Shown piece after piece: positions 20,257 to 30,876 of a stretch of DNA of 64,000 nt (position 1 is its first letter; the number at the start of each line of letters is the position of its first letter). The stretch spans positions 2,490 to 66,489 of the forward strand of contig CAWFMB010000035.1 in assembly GCA_963816685.1 (NCBI GenBank). The letters run 5' to 3'. Position numbers and translations under genes: made by a program. This DNA comes from an uncultured Prolixibacteraceae bacterium. GTDB taxonomy: Bacteria; Bacteroidota; Bacteroidia; Bacteroidales; Prolixibacteraceae. The notes under the pieces were generated by a model, which was not told the DNA's origin, did not search any database, and saw nothing but the letters and a program-made list of their open reading frames with translations.

Positions 20257-20770
20257 AAAATTGTTTCACGAAAAGTTTAATTGATGCTGCCGGAATCTGT
20301 TCGTAATCGATTTCATGTTCGGCATAAAATTTATATTCAAGAATGTCATCCATGGGTTTTAATCCTTCAACCGTTTCAGGAACTACTTTAAAAGCCATAT
20401 CGAGAGTAAACACACTGAATCCTGAATAAATGTATTCGTTTGGTGCAGAACCTTTATATTCAAGTGATTTTACCTTTAAACCCAATTCTTCAGAAAGTTC
20501 TCTTTTTACAGCATTTTCAGCAGTTTCGCCTGGATCAATAAAGCCCCCTGGCAAATCAAACTTTCCGTAATGTGGTTCTATGCCACGGGTTACCAGCATG
20601 AGTTTTCCCTCAGTATTACCTACAAGTGCAGCTACTGCAGCCGAAGAATTCATGTAAATATGAAATCCACAATCGCTGCATTTAAAAGAACGGTTTCCTA
20701 AAAGTTTAAAATCTGCAGATCCACATTTGGGACAGAATTTCAATACATTTTGGGGATGTGTATTTTGCAT
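20243..20770 (-). CDS. NUDIX hydrolase with N-terminal zinc ribbon
   Basis: 175 aa. CPKCGS..CSDCG ribbon; Nudix box GGFIDPGETAENAVKRELSEELGL. Confidence 0.85.
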   Translation of the reverse strand: MQNTHPQNVLKFCPKCGSADFKLLGNRSFKCSDCGFHIYMNSSAAVAALVGNTEGKLMLVTRGIEPHYGKFDLPGGFIDPGETAENAVKRELSEELGLKVKSLEYKGSAPNEYIYSGFSVFTLDMAFKVVPETVEGLKPMDDILEYKFYAEHEIDYEQIPAASIKLFVKQFFENE

Positions 20771-21673
20771 TTAATCAACAAGTTTTTGAGCTTTCATCCA
20801 ATTGTAAAAAAGTTCAGGCCATTCATCCACGGGCAGGTTTTTCTTCCAGATTCCAAATCCATGGCCACCTTCCTGAAAAATGTGCATTTCGGCAGGTACC
20901 TCATTTTCTTTAAGTGCCAGATAAAACTCAACCGAATTTCTTGGTGGAACAGCCTTATCATCGTCTGCCAGCACCAAAAAGGTTGGTGGTGTTTCCGGTG
21001 TAACATGCAATTCGTTTGAATATTTTTGAACGAGTTCCCAGTTGTTTCCGTCGCCTATCAAATTTTTGCGCGATCCCATATGTCCAAAAGATTCCCTGAA
21101 CGTAATAACCGGATAAAGAAGCAGCATAAAATCAGGACGGCTGCTCATTCTTTCCACGGGATTACTGCTTGTTGCTTTTCCATAATCGAACCGGGTACCA
21201 ACAGTTGAGGCAAGATGACCACCGGCAGAAGAACCGGCAATACCAATTTTATCCGGATTTATCCCCCACTCTTTTGCATTTGTACGTACAATTTGCATTG
21301 CGCGCCGTGCATCATCAGCAGGAATTTCATCGTGTCCGTAAGGCAGCCTGTATTTCAGAACTATTCCGGAGATACCTTTGGTATTCAACCATTTTGCAAT
21401 TTCATATCCTTCATGATCCATAGCTTCAATCCAGTAACCGCCACCTGGGCAGATAACTACTGCAGCTCCTGTATTTTTTTCTTTTTCAGGAAGATAAACA
21501 TAAATTTCAGCTTCAGAAACATTTCGCACCCTTACGCCTTCAAACTTTTCTTCAGGTTCGGTCATTCCATTATCAGTTGGCGGACCATCGGGCCACACTT
21601 TTAATACTTTATTCTGTGCTTGTAAAATAAATGTCATGAGAACTAAGGCAAAAGCGACAGTTAAAATTTTCAT
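20771..21673 (-). CDS. Secreted alpha/beta hydrolase (esterase)
   Basis: 300 aa. Signal peptide; oxyanion-type CPGGGYW; nucleophile elbow GSSAGGHLA. Confidence 0.85.
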   Translation of the reverse strand: MKILTVAFALVLMTFILQAQNKVLKVWPDGPPTDNGMTEPEEKFEGVRVRNVSEAEIYVYLPEKEKNTGAAVVICPGGGYWIEAMDHEGYEIAKWLNTKGISGIVLKYRLPYGHDEIPADDARRAMQIVRTNAKEWGINPDKIGIAGSSAGGHLASTVGTRFDYGKATSSNPVERMSSRPDFMLLLYPVITFRESFGHMGSRKNLIGDGNNWELVQKYSNELHVTPETPPTFLVLADDDKAVPPRNSVEFYLALKENEVPAEMHIFQEGGHGFGIWKKNLPVDEWPELFYNWMKAQKLVD

Positions 21674-21744
21674 GTTTTCAATTATTTAATTTTATCCAAC
21701 ATAATTGAGGAGACCGTGTCTCAAAATTTACAACCGGATTCTTT

Positions 21745-22278
21745 TTATTTTGATTTCATTCCAACAAAATAATGCTCTTTTTCTGAGAACAAAATATTAA
21801 AAGTGGTAAGTGACCCATAAATCCGGCTAATATACTGCTGTAGGTCAACCTTTTCTTCATCCGTTAGAACTTTATGACTATTAATGTTTTGTTCCAAAAC
21901 ACGCAGCCGGTCACGTAACATTACAATCTTATGAAAGAAAGCTTCAACAGGTATTTCCTTAGGCATTAAACTTTCATTTGCAGGCTGAAGCAGCATTTTT
22001 CCACCTTTCCATTTTTCACCCAGAGGAACTACTTCATTTAGTGCCCCGTATTTATCGAGAACATAGGTTAAAACATCTTCGAATTCTGAAACAGAAATTC
22101 CAGATCGTGGTGCTTCCTTGTTCTTTTCAATAACCGAAATATCCGTATTTCGTTTGGTAATTTCAATTTTACCACCATGTTCAAAAAAGATTTCATATGC
22201 GGTTAACTTGTTTTTACTGATTATCCCTTCACCGTAACGTGGATGATCAACCCGGGTGCCAACTGTTAATTCTTCCAT
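21745..22278 (-). CDS. Hypothetical protein
   Basis: 177-aa ORF with clean boundaries. The N-terminal GTRVDHPRYGEGII motif resembles small SH3/Tudor-like domains. No family recognised. Confidence 0.5.
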   Translation of the reverse strand: MEELTVGTRVDHPRYGEGIISKNKLTAYEIFFEHGGKIEITKRNTDISVIEKNKEAPRSGISVSEFEDVLTYVLDKYGALNEVVPLGEKWKGGKMLLQPANESLMPKEIPVEAFFHKIVMLRDRLRVLEQNINSHKVLTDEEKVDLQQYISRIYGSLTTFNILFSEKEHYFVGMKSK

Positions 22279-22308
22279 TCCTTTTCTTTTTTTAAAATCA
22301 AATGTTAT

Positions 22309-23115
22309 TTATTTCAAAGGTGATTCCGGTTCCTTTGCAAATATTTTATACGACATTTTATCAATAAAATGAGGTAAAAATTTCGATAAAAATACGGTGA
22401 GTTTTCCTTCAACAAAGGTTAGAATTATTTGTCTTTTCCGCTTTGCTACTGCATTGAAAATGTGTGTTGCACATTGCTCTGCCGACATCATATTGTTTTC
22501 ATTACGCGGAGTTTCGCCCTGATGATTTCCATTCCCGTTTAAAGCCATCTTACGAATTTCGGAAGCAGTAAAACCAGGTGCCGAAACCAATACATGCAAT
22601 CCGGTTTTGAGGTTTTCAACCCGTAATGTTTCCAAAAATCCCCGAACAGCAAATTTTGATGCAGAATAACCCGTTCTTCCGGGTAACCCAATATATCCCC
22701 CCACTGAAATTACACCAACCAGTGAACCTTTGATTTTAAGAAGGTGCGGTAAAGCAAATTTAGAACAGTAAACGGTGCCCCAATAATTTACATCCATCAT
22801 TTTATGCATAACTTCCAGGTCAGTTTCACTAAAAAGGGCCCGCATTGAAATTCCTGCATTATTTATCAGCACATCAATCCGGCCAAAATGACCGGCAGCA
22901 GTTTCAATCAGTTTTTTGCAATCATCTTCCCTGGTGACATCAGTTTCAACAGGAAGAATTCCGGAAGAATTCAATTGTTTTTGTAATTCCAGCAGACGGT
23001 CCATACGACGGGCAGCCAAAACAATATTCCAACCTTCCGAGGCATATTTTTCAGCGAGTGCTTTTCCTATACCCGAAGAAGCACCTGTAATTATAACTAC
23101 TTTTTTGTTGAGCAT
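22309..23115 (-). CDS. SDR family oxidoreductase
   Basis: 268 aa. TGASSGIGKA cofactor motif, NNAG, and the YSASKFAV catalytic motif. Confidence 0.9.
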   Translation of the reverse strand: MLNKKVVIITGASSGIGKALAEKYASEGWNIVLAARRMDRLLELQKQLNSSGILPVETDVTREDDCKKLIETAAGHFGRIDVLINNAGISMRALFSETDLEVMHKMMDVNYWGTVYCSKFALPHLLKIKGSLVGVISVGGYIGLPGRTGYSASKFAVRGFLETLRVENLKTGLHVLVSAPGFTASEIRKMALNGNGNHQGETPRNENNMMSAEQCATHIFNAVAKRKRQIILTFVEGKLTVFLSKFLPHFIDKMSYKIFAKEPESPLK

Positions 23116-23609
23116 ATTTATATGCGGTATTTTTGGTAAAAAGCCAAAAATATAATTTTACCGAAAAGTAAAAAAAAAAACATGTATTCTTCCGGTTGTC
23201 GTTTTTTTCGTTAAAATTAAAAAATTAACTTTCTAAATTCCTATGTATACTACACTAAAAAAGTTAGAATTTCTAATTATTTCTTATAAAAATTTAATAA
23301 AACTCAAACAATTTCAGGAATCTTTTTGTTAGAAAGTTAACGACAATCGAAAATGTATACCTCAGTTAATTATAATGAAATAAACAATGACAAAAATTTT
23401 ACCACCTACATCAATTATTATGCTTTCCCTACGTCAAATGGCGGTTATAACACAAGCTTCAATTCATTTTAAGAACTAAAATTTAATGCTGTGAAAATAA
23501 TTTATTCAAATAACTTGATTTATAACACTTTTATTCGGAACTTTTTAGAACGAAATATAAATCGTTCCAATTAACCTTATTCAATATTTTAAATTCAAAA
23601 AAATTCTTT

Positions 23610-26600
23610 ATGAAAAAACTTGACTTATTCTTTAAAACATTAAAACAAAGTATTCTTGTACTATTGTTTATTTTATTTGTCAGCCTTACTGCTTTTTCGC
23701 AAAGTGGCACTGCCAATTTTGACTTTCTGGGATTAGCAGGAGGAGGAACCGATGGAAGTGACGGTGTATCCGTTACGATACTGGATTGTAATTCAGTAAT
23801 TACAGATTTTACAGTTGAGCTAACCAGCAACAACTATTCTCACGATCCATACATTGTGAAAATTGTATCGCCTGATGGTACCACTTTTGCTGTAGATGAT
23901 ACGACGCACAAAACCGGAATTCCTTTTACTGTTACATCCATTACAGAACCCGGGGGCGAATGGGCTGTTTTTGTTTCTGAACCTATTTCTCCGATTAGAC
24001 CTACCGGAAACTCAGCAACTGTTCAAATGGATTATGATTATGTTGCCAGTCCGGGAGTTGTAGCGCGTTGCAAAGACGAAATTACCGTTTACATTGATTC
24101 ATTCGGAGTCGGACGAACAAATCCTTTGTTCGTGGATAACGGCTCAACAGGTTGCAACCTTGTTTTAACTATTGACAATACTTATTACGGGTGTCAGGAT
24201 ATTCCTGACGATGTTGTTCATCTTACAGCAACTGATGCAATTTCAAATGAAACTTCAACCTGTACAACAAATGTCGTTGTTCGAGATACGATAAAACCTT
24301 CCGCCAATTGTAAGGATATTACTGTGCAGTTGGATGCCAGCGGAGTTGCATCAATCACCGCAGCTGAAATTGACAATCTTTCAACAGATGGTTGCGGAAT
24401 TGCTTCCACATCCATTGATGTTACAACTTTTGACTGTACAAACATTGGCGCAAACCCTGTGGTTTTAACAGTAACAGACAATAATGGAAATTCACAAACC
24501 TGTACTGCTTCCGTAACTGTAGAAGATGTTACACCACCAACAGCTGTTTGCCAGGATATAACTGTGCAACTGGATGTAAATGGTGAAGCAACCATTGCCG
24601 CAGCAGATTTGGATAACGGTTCTTCAGATTTATGCGGAACAGTGACATTTACAGCTGATGTTACTCAATTTGATTGTACAAACATTGGTGCTAATACAGT
24701 GACTTTAAATGTTGCCGATGAATCGGATAACACCAGCACCTGTACTTCTACCGTTACCGTTGAAAATAACAATACTCCCACTGCAGTTTGTAAAGACATT
24801 ACTGTTCAGCTGGATGTAAACGGTGATGCAACCATTGCTGCAGCGGATATTGACAATGGCTCTTCGGCTGTGTGTAATACCAATCTGACGATTGATGTTT
24901 CACAGTTTGATTGCTCAAATACAGGTCCAAATACAGTTGAATTAACAGTATCGGATAATGATGGCAATTCAAGTACCTGCTCTTCAACTGTTACAGTTGA
25001 AGATAATGTTGTACCTACAGCAGTTTGCAAAGATATAACTGTTCAACTTGATGCAACTGGAGCAGCTACTATTGCTGCGGCTGATATTGACAATGGTTCA
25101 ATGGATGCCTGTGGAGTTGCATCAATTGCAATTAATCCTTCACTGTTTGATTGTGCAGATGTTGGTTCAAATACAGTTACTCTTACAGTAACCGATAACA
25201 ACAACAATACAGCCACCTGTACTTCTACCGTAATGGTTGAAGACACTACAGCACCAACAGCAGTTTGCCAGGATATTACAATTCAACTGGATACAAATGG
25301 TGAAGCAACGATTACAGCTGCTGATGTTGACAATGGATCAACCGATCTTTGCGGAAATGTTACTCTGGATATTGATGTTACTCAATTCGACTGTGCCAGT
25401 GCCGGCGCCAATACCGTAACATTAACAGTAACCGACGAATCAGAAAATACAAGCACCTGTACTTCTACCGTAATGGTTGAAGACACTACAGCACCAACAG
25501 CAGTTTGCCAGGATATTACAGTTCAACTTGACACAAATGGTGAAGCAACAATTACAGCTTCCGATGTCGATAACGGTTCTTCTGATCTCTGCGGGAATGT
25601 CAATTTGGATGTTGATGTTACTCAATTCGACTGTGCCAGTGCCGGCGCCAACATCGTAACATTAACAGTAACCGACGAATCAACAAATACAAGCACCTGT
25701 ACCTCTACCGTTACTGTGGAAAACAACAACATTCCAATAGCTATTTGTATGGACATAACGGTAGAACTCGACGATAATGGCGAAGCAACCATTGCAATGG
25801 AAGATATTGATGGTGGTTCTTCTGCAGTTTGCGCCGATGCAATAGTAATTGAACCGATGCAGTTTGACTGTACAAATGTTGGCTCAAATACTGTTACCCT
25901 TACAATCAACGATTTGCAGGGAAATTCTTCTCAATGTACATCAAATGTTACTGTCAATGACAACACACCTCCGCAGGTAGTTGCAAAAAACATTGAAGTT
26001 TGCCTTGATGATAACGGAAGCTATTCACTCTCTCCTGATGAAGTTGATGCAGGGACACTTGATAATTGTTCAATTCAGGAAATGACTGTTACTCCTGCAG
26101 AATTCAGTTGTGCCGACATCGGCGAAAATGAAGTTACTCTAATGGCAACCGATGCAAATGGCAACTCAGCTTCAGTAACTGTTAACGTAACGGTTAAGGA
26201 TTGTACAGCACCGGTTATTAATTGTTCACCACTTACTGTTTACCTGTATGAAAATGGCAAATATGTACTGACCAAAAAGAACATTCAGGCGATTTCAAAA
26301 GGTAACGATGAAACAGGACTTACTACCGATAATTGTACACCGTATGCTGAAATGGATATCCAGGTGTTCCCGCGCTCGTTTGAATGTGTGCATGTTGGAA
26401 CTCCGGTATCAGTTACCATCTCGGCAACCGATGCTTCAGGAAATACAGGAACCTGCAAGACCACTGTTACTGTACTCGACACGATTTCGCCAGTGGTACA
26501 CTGTGTTGATACTTTAAATGTGTATCTCGATGAAAATGGAAGTGCACGAATTTTTGCAGGAAATCTTGTGGATAAAACTGCCGAAAATGTGGATGATGCC

Positions 26601-27878
26601 TGCTCCACAAATAATACAACAGCAAGCAAAACACGCTTCGACTGCTCGAATGTTGGAGCAAACGTTGTGACACTTTCAAGAACAGATGTAAGCAACAACA
26701 CTTCAACATGTAATTCAGTGGTAATGGTTTACGACACCATTCGCCCTGTCATAGAACCTGTTGCCGATGTTGAAGTTGAAGTTGAAGCTGGAGTTTGTGA
26801 AACTGCCATAACCTATCCGGCATTTACAGTTACTGATAATTGTATTGTAACTCAGGATTTGATTGAAGGCCTTGGAAAAGATGTGATGTTCCCGGTTGGT
26901 ACAACCACTGAAACCTGGGTATTTACAGATAATGGTGGTAATACTGATACAATTTCGTTTCATGTAATTGTTACAGGTGGCGGAAATGCAGCTCCAACAC
27001 TCGATACAATAGAATCGGTTACTGTAACTGATATGGAAATGCAAACAGTAAATGTTCCGTTAACCGGTATTTCATCAGGTATGGATTGCACTGCACAGGA
27101 TGTTACAGTTACAGCTTCAGCTGACAACACTGATCTTGTTACTTCAGTAGCGGTGAATTATACTGCCGGAGATTCAACCGGATCTCTTGATGTTGCTTTC
27201 GACCCTGAAGTTGGTGGTCAATCAGATATAACTGTAACTGTTGAAGATAGTGAAGGCGCTCTTGTTTCGCAAACATTTACATTATTTGTAAACTCCGAAA
27301 ATCATGCACCTGTGCTGGTAATGCCTGTTCCCGATCTTACAGTAAATGCCCTGGAGGTGGTTAGTGTGCCAATAAGCTCTACATTGGGAATTCTTTTTAA
27401 CGACAGCGACGGAGATACATTAACTTATAACCTGATGCGGGAAAATGGTGATGATTTACCTGCCTGGATGTCTATTGAAAATGATATACTAACTGGAACT
27501 CCGGAAATTGCTGATACAGGTTGTGTAACTCTTGTAATTCAGGCTATGGATCCTGACGGGGCAATGGCATCCGATACGTTTGATGTTTGCGTTGATTATA
27601 CAGTTGGCTTAAATCCAATAGCTAAAAATCAATTCGAGGTAAATCTTTATCCTAATCCATCGGGGGGACATGTCAACATCGATTTGAAATCTTCTATAAT
27701 TCAGGATGTCGATCTTTCTGTAATGGATTTAACAGGAAGAGTGGTGCTGCGTAAACAATTCTCTGCAGCCGAACATATTACTTTTGATATGAGCAATAAT
27801 ATCTCAGGGATGTATTTGATAAAAATTGAATCAGGAGGAAATCGAATCCTCAAAAAATTGATTCTCGATCGCAAATAA
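23610..27878 (+). CDS. Giant T9SS-secreted surface/adhesin-like protein (about 12 Cys-containing 80-aa repeats, HYR-like and cadherin/He_PIG-like domains, Por secretion tail)
   Basis: 1422 aa. Signal peptide. Repeats of pattern C.DITVQLD.NGEATI.A.D.DNGS.D.CG....FDC...G.N.VTLTVTD..(N).S.C.S.V.V.D. An HYR-like FPVGTTTETWVFTDNGGN. An NHAPV..DGDTLTY..LPAWM domain. C-terminal NLYPNPSGGHVNI...GMYLIKIESG...KKLIL sorting domain. Confidence 0.85.
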   Translation: MKKLDLFFKTLKQSILVLLFILFVSLTAFSQSGTANFDFLGLAGGGTDGSDGVSVTILDCNSVITDFTVELTSNNYSHDPYIVKIVSPDGTTFAVDDTTHKTGIPFTVTSITEPGGEWAVFVSEPISPIRPTGNSATVQMDYDYVASPGVVARCKDEITVYIDSFGVGRTNPLFVDNGSTGCNLVLTIDNTYYGCQDIPDDVVHLTATDAISNETSTCTTNVVVRDTIKPSANCKDITVQLDASGVASITAAEIDNLSTDGCGIASTSIDVTTFDCTNIGANPVVLTVTDNNGNSQTCTASVTVEDVTPPTAVCQDITVQLDVNGEATIAAADLDNGSSDLCGTVTFTADVTQFDCTNIGANTVTLNVADESDNTSTCTSTVTVENNNTPTAVCKDITVQLDVNGDATIAAADIDNGSSAVCNTNLTIDVSQFDCSNTGPNTVELTVSDNDGNSSTCSSTVTVEDNVVPTAVCKDITVQLDATGAATIAAADIDNGSMDACGVASIAINPSLFDCADVGSNTVTLTVTDNNNNTATCTSTVMVEDTTAPTAVCQDITIQLDTNGEATITAADVDNGSTDLCGNVTLDIDVTQFDCASAGANTVTLTVTDESENTSTCTSTVMVEDTTAPTAVCQDITVQLDTNGEATITASDVDNGSSDLCGNVNLDVDVTQFDCASAGANIVTLTVTDESTNTSTCTSTVTVENNNIPIAICMDITVELDDNGEATIAMEDIDGGSSAVCADAIVIEPMQFDCTNVGSNTVTLTINDLQGNSSQCTSNVTVNDNTPPQVVAKNIEVCLDDNGSYSLSPDEVDAGTLDNCSIQEMTVTPAEFSCADIGENEVTLMATDANGNSASVTVNVTVKDCTAPVINCSPLTVYLYENGKYVLTKKNIQAISKGNDETGLTTDNCTPYAEMDIQVFPRSFECVHVGTPVSVTISATDASGNTGTCKTTVTVLDTISPVVHCVDTLNVYLDENGSARIFAGNLVDKTAENVDDACSTNNTTASKTRFDCSNVGANVVTLSRTDVSNNTSTCNSVVMVYDTIRPVIEPVADVEVEVEAGVCETAITYPAFTVTDNCIVTQDLIEGLGKDVMFPVGTTTETWVFTDNGGNTDTISFHVIVTGGGNAAPTLDTIESVTVTDMEMQTVNVPLTGISSGMDCTAQDVTVTASADNTDLVTSVAVNYTAGDSTGSLDVAFDPEVGGQSDITVTVEDSEGALVSQTFTLFVNSENHAPVLVMPVPDLTVNALEVVSVPISSTLGILFNDSDGDTLTYNLMRENGDDLPAWMSIENDILTGTPEIADTGCVTLVIQAMDPDGAMASDTFDVCVDYTVGLNPIAKNQFEVNLYPNPSGGHVNIDLKSSIIQDVDLSVMDLTGRVVLRKQFSAAEHITFDMSNNISGMYLIKIESGGNRILKKLILDRK
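24040..26745 (+). repeat. Intragenic tandem array of 240-bp (80-aa) domain repeats
   Basis: Exact 240-bp register (for example 25214-25280 is identical to 25454-25520, a 67-nt perfect match; the next copy is at 25694). The central copies are about 89% identical by eye and the outer copies diverge progressively. Confidence 0.85.
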
Positions 27879-27902
27879 ACTTCATCCTTGTTTGATTGAT
27901 TA

Positions 27903-27933
27903 AGAAAGGCACCATTTTGCATGGTGCCTTTCT
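27903..27933 (+). terminator. Rho-independent terminator after the adhesin gene
   Basis: AGAAAGGCACCAT-TTTGC-ATGGTGCCTTTCT followed by TATTTTA. Confidence 0.8.
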
Positions 27934-28003
27934 TATTTTATAATTTTACGAAATTCTTAAATTGACTGTGTATATTTACGCTGAACTTTACTGATACTTT
28001 CAA

Positions 28004-28753
28004 ATGAGAAAAATCTTTGTTCTGGTTGTATTAACACTGCTGGCCGGCTGCGAAAGTGGTGAATTGTCAGTGGATTTTTCTATATGCAACATGGATATGA
28101 ACAGTTACGATTTTTCTTATGGAATAGATTATTCAGAACCCGACAAATACCTGGTTTCCGGAGATCAATCTGTGTTAAATGATATTTTTTTCAAGGAAAT
28201 AAGAAGCAGTATCGGCAGAGTTCCACATAGTGTTTCCGGTGTACTGAAGATTTGTTCATGGATTAACCGCAACTTCGACAGGGTAAGTGGCAATGACATT
28301 GGTAACAAAACACTGAACCAGTTGTACGCAATCCGCACTATTTACGATTCACATTCTGCAGCATTAATTATTTCCGGCACATTGCGAAAATTTGGATTTC
28401 CTGCGGTAATGATTGAAACTGCTTCAATCCAATGGGCTTACGATTATCGAAACGGCGATAAAAGGAATTTTAAAGTGCATGTAATGTCTGAAATCTATGT
28501 GAATGGGGAATGGATTTTACTGAATAATAACGGGACATATGTTTCAGGATATGAACCTGAAAATCCGTTCATTGACGCTATGAACAAGAATTTATATCCC
28601 CAGGGATTATTTGCTTATGCCAAAGGAAAAGATTCCTGGGGTTACGGAGTAAGAAGGGAATCGGATACAAAATATAAGATTATTGATTTTGCAAACAACA
28701 TCATTTGTTTCGAAAGTTTATTTGATTCAGTAAATTATATCTGGCGTAACTAA
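28004..28753 (+). CDS. Lipoprotein with degenerate transglutaminase-like core
   Basis: 249 aa. Lipobox LLAGC. DSHSAALIISGTLRKFGFPAVMIE and HVMSEIYVNGEWILLNNNG resemble the Cys and His/Asp segments of transglutaminase-like proteases, but without the Cys. Confidence 0.4.
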   Translation: MRKIFVLVVLTLLAGCESGELSVDFSICNMDMNSYDFSYGIDYSEPDKYLVSGDQSVLNDIFFKEIRSSIGRVPHSVSGVLKICSWINRNFDRVSGNDIGNKTLNQLYAIRTIYDSHSAALIISGTLRKFGFPAVMIETASIQWAYDYRNGDKRNFKVHVMSEIYVNGEWILLNNNGTYVSGYEPENPFIDAMNKNLYPQGLFAYAKGKDSWGYGVRRESDTKYKIIDFANNIICFESLFDSVNYIWRN

Positions 28754-28772
28754 AAGGAAATGATTATTACTG

Positions 28773-30782
28773 TCAATGTTTTCTTTTGGTCCGGGTAACA
28801 GTTCTGTTAATTTTATACGAAAATCCAACAGTAATTAATTCTTTAACCTGCAGTTTAGGCTTTTCCCCAACTTTTACCTGTTCTCCGTTTACTTCATCAT
28901 ATATCGGGAATAAAACATCATCGTCATAAATCAGGTGTACCAGCAGCCGAAAATTAATATGATCATTTACTTTCATTTCAAGCTGGTTTTCCCAGTTAAT
29001 ATCAAATTTACTGAATGGCGCCTCATAATTGATAAACATTTTGTATTTCGTTTCATACGAAATATCCGAAGTAAGGTCAGTCCGGTAACGAACATCAGCA
29101 TTCAAACCCGGTTCCCAGAAACTTCTTTTATCTGCATCAATACCAAAGTTGGTTTGATCAATCAATGAAGTATCGCGCACGAAAACATTTTTAATTGTCA
29201 GCGGAGAGAGAAAAAGTGAAAAATCCTTTGTTGGTTTATAATCGAGACCCACCTTAAAAAAAGTTCGTGCCGGAGCCATAAATGCTGAAATAGGTTCAGG
29301 ATTTTCCGATTTTGGATAACGGTAACCTCTAAACAACTGTGTTTCATAATCAAGTTCAGCACTGTAATACCATTTTTTAAAAGCACTAACTCCGAATCGT
29401 GAAATGATTTCAAATTTATCATCATTTTTCTGCAGTTCGGCTTCCTCGCCTCCCTGTCTTATCCAACCGTCCCGAATTTCGCCTGAATTTTCCCATTTTA
29501 TTTTACCGTTGGCATTGGTATAATTGGCAAAACCTTTCATTACAATTAACAATGCAAGTGCACTCTTCCCCCCTTTCTTCCAGTTTTCTAAATAGGTTTG
29601 TGTAAATCCAACATTCCCGTTACCCCCTATCTGCCAGGGCGTATTAACATCATAAAGCTTTCCAACATTGGTTAATCCCAAAACACTGCTGTTCAGTGTC
29701 CTGAAATCGAAGGCTTTTGTTTCTTTTGTCCTGAACCGGTTGAAGGTCACACCATCATCAATAAGCATCTGAATCGTTCTTTTGTCCAGGTTTTTTAACA
29801 ACACGCTTAGCGAATCATTCTGTTCGTTTTTCAGCCAAAATCGTGCATAACGCTGGTTGGCATCGCTTAATACAAATGTTGTTTCATTATTGACTAAATT
29901 TGTTAAATGAATCTTGGTGGTATCTATATAATCAGCATATGCCGAAAGTACCTGTATCACATTTAAAATTGAATCGTTGACAGCATTTATTACCGAATCG
30001 TTATAGTTCCTGAGAACTGTATAATTGTTTACTCGAACAGAATCAATCAATTTCTTTTTTCTCGCCAGATATTCTTTATCAAATAACTGCTGCCGGTAAT
30101 CCAATATAACTGAATCCTGATAAGCTGTCATCAGCGAGTCGTTGTAAGCAAGCCTTTTTTGTTCGATATAAACATCGCGTAAACTATCGAGCCGGTAAAT
30201 CCGCTGGAAATCATCTGCTGTTTTTATCTGGTTATCGGGAACCACATCAGGTACCTGCAAACTGTCCGGAAAAACATATACTGAATCGGTAAAAAGCTGT
30301 ATTCCTTCGCGTGGGCTCAAAAGATTTACTTTTTCATCAGCATTACTTAACAAGGCTACGGGTACCGTAATTTTTTTATTCTGAAATTCAGTTTGCATAT
30401 TTAAACCAAGAATTTCAAGATCATTTTTCACTTCCGAAGCAGAATAATAACCCGGAACATGTAAACTGTCGGATACATTCTCAGGAAGGCGGTATACAAA
30501 TTTAAATGTAGTATCGGCAGCCGATTCTTTTAAATCATACAAAATAGAATCCAGCGGTTCATCTTCAATAAAATGAATCAACCCGGTCACGTTTTCACTC
30601 GTTTCGGGATGAGCTACATGCCACGCATTTTGTTCGGTAAAATAACGTTGAAGAAGCTCAATTCCTTTTTCAAGCGTCTGCTGATTTTGCTCTTCTTTCA
30701 AATCAACTTGTGAAAATCCTTTTACAGAAAAAATTAAACAAAGAAATAATAACGAAATGATTCTTGTTTTTTCCGGAAACAT
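28773..30782 (-). CDS. DUF3078-like outer-membrane protein
   Basis: 669 aa. Signal peptide. Hallmark WQIGGNGNVGFTQTYLENWKKGGKSA segment and a beta-strand-rich C-terminal half. Confidence 0.65.
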   Translation of the reverse strand: MFPEKTRIISLLFLCLIFSVKGFSQVDLKEEQNQQTLEKGIELLQRYFTEQNAWHVAHPETSENVTGLIHFIEDEPLDSILYDLKESAADTTFKFVYRLPENVSDSLHVPGYYSASEVKNDLEILGLNMQTEFQNKKITVPVALLSNADEKVNLLSPREGIQLFTDSVYVFPDSLQVPDVVPDNQIKTADDFQRIYRLDSLRDVYIEQKRLAYNDSLMTAYQDSVILDYRQQLFDKEYLARKKKLIDSVRVNNYTVLRNYNDSVINAVNDSILNVIQVLSAYADYIDTTKIHLTNLVNNETTFVLSDANQRYARFWLKNEQNDSLSVLLKNLDKRTIQMLIDDGVTFNRFRTKETKAFDFRTLNSSVLGLTNVGKLYDVNTPWQIGGNGNVGFTQTYLENWKKGGKSALALLIVMKGFANYTNANGKIKWENSGEIRDGWIRQGGEEAELQKNDDKFEIISRFGVSAFKKWYYSAELDYETQLFRGYRYPKSENPEPISAFMAPARTFFKVGLDYKPTKDFSLFLSPLTIKNVFVRDTSLIDQTNFGIDADKRSFWEPGLNADVRYRTDLTSDISYETKYKMFINYEAPFSKFDINWENQLEMKVNDHINFRLLVHLIYDDDVLFPIYDEVNGEQVKVGEKPKLQVKELITVGFSYKINRTVTRTKRKH

Positions 30783-30876
30783 AGTTTAAGTCTTTTACAG
30801 CTTTTTTTCAAAACGCAAAAATAGTGTTTATGTTATATCCTTTCTGAAAAATAAAAAGAGTTAACATCAACTTAAT

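Noticed and set aside
24218-27044. Multiple 60-140-aa ORFs on both strands within the adhesin gene
   Set aside because: They are repeat-generated open frames nested in the 1422-aa CDS. Near-identical pairs (25237-25419 and 25477-25659) simply reflect the 240-bp repeats.
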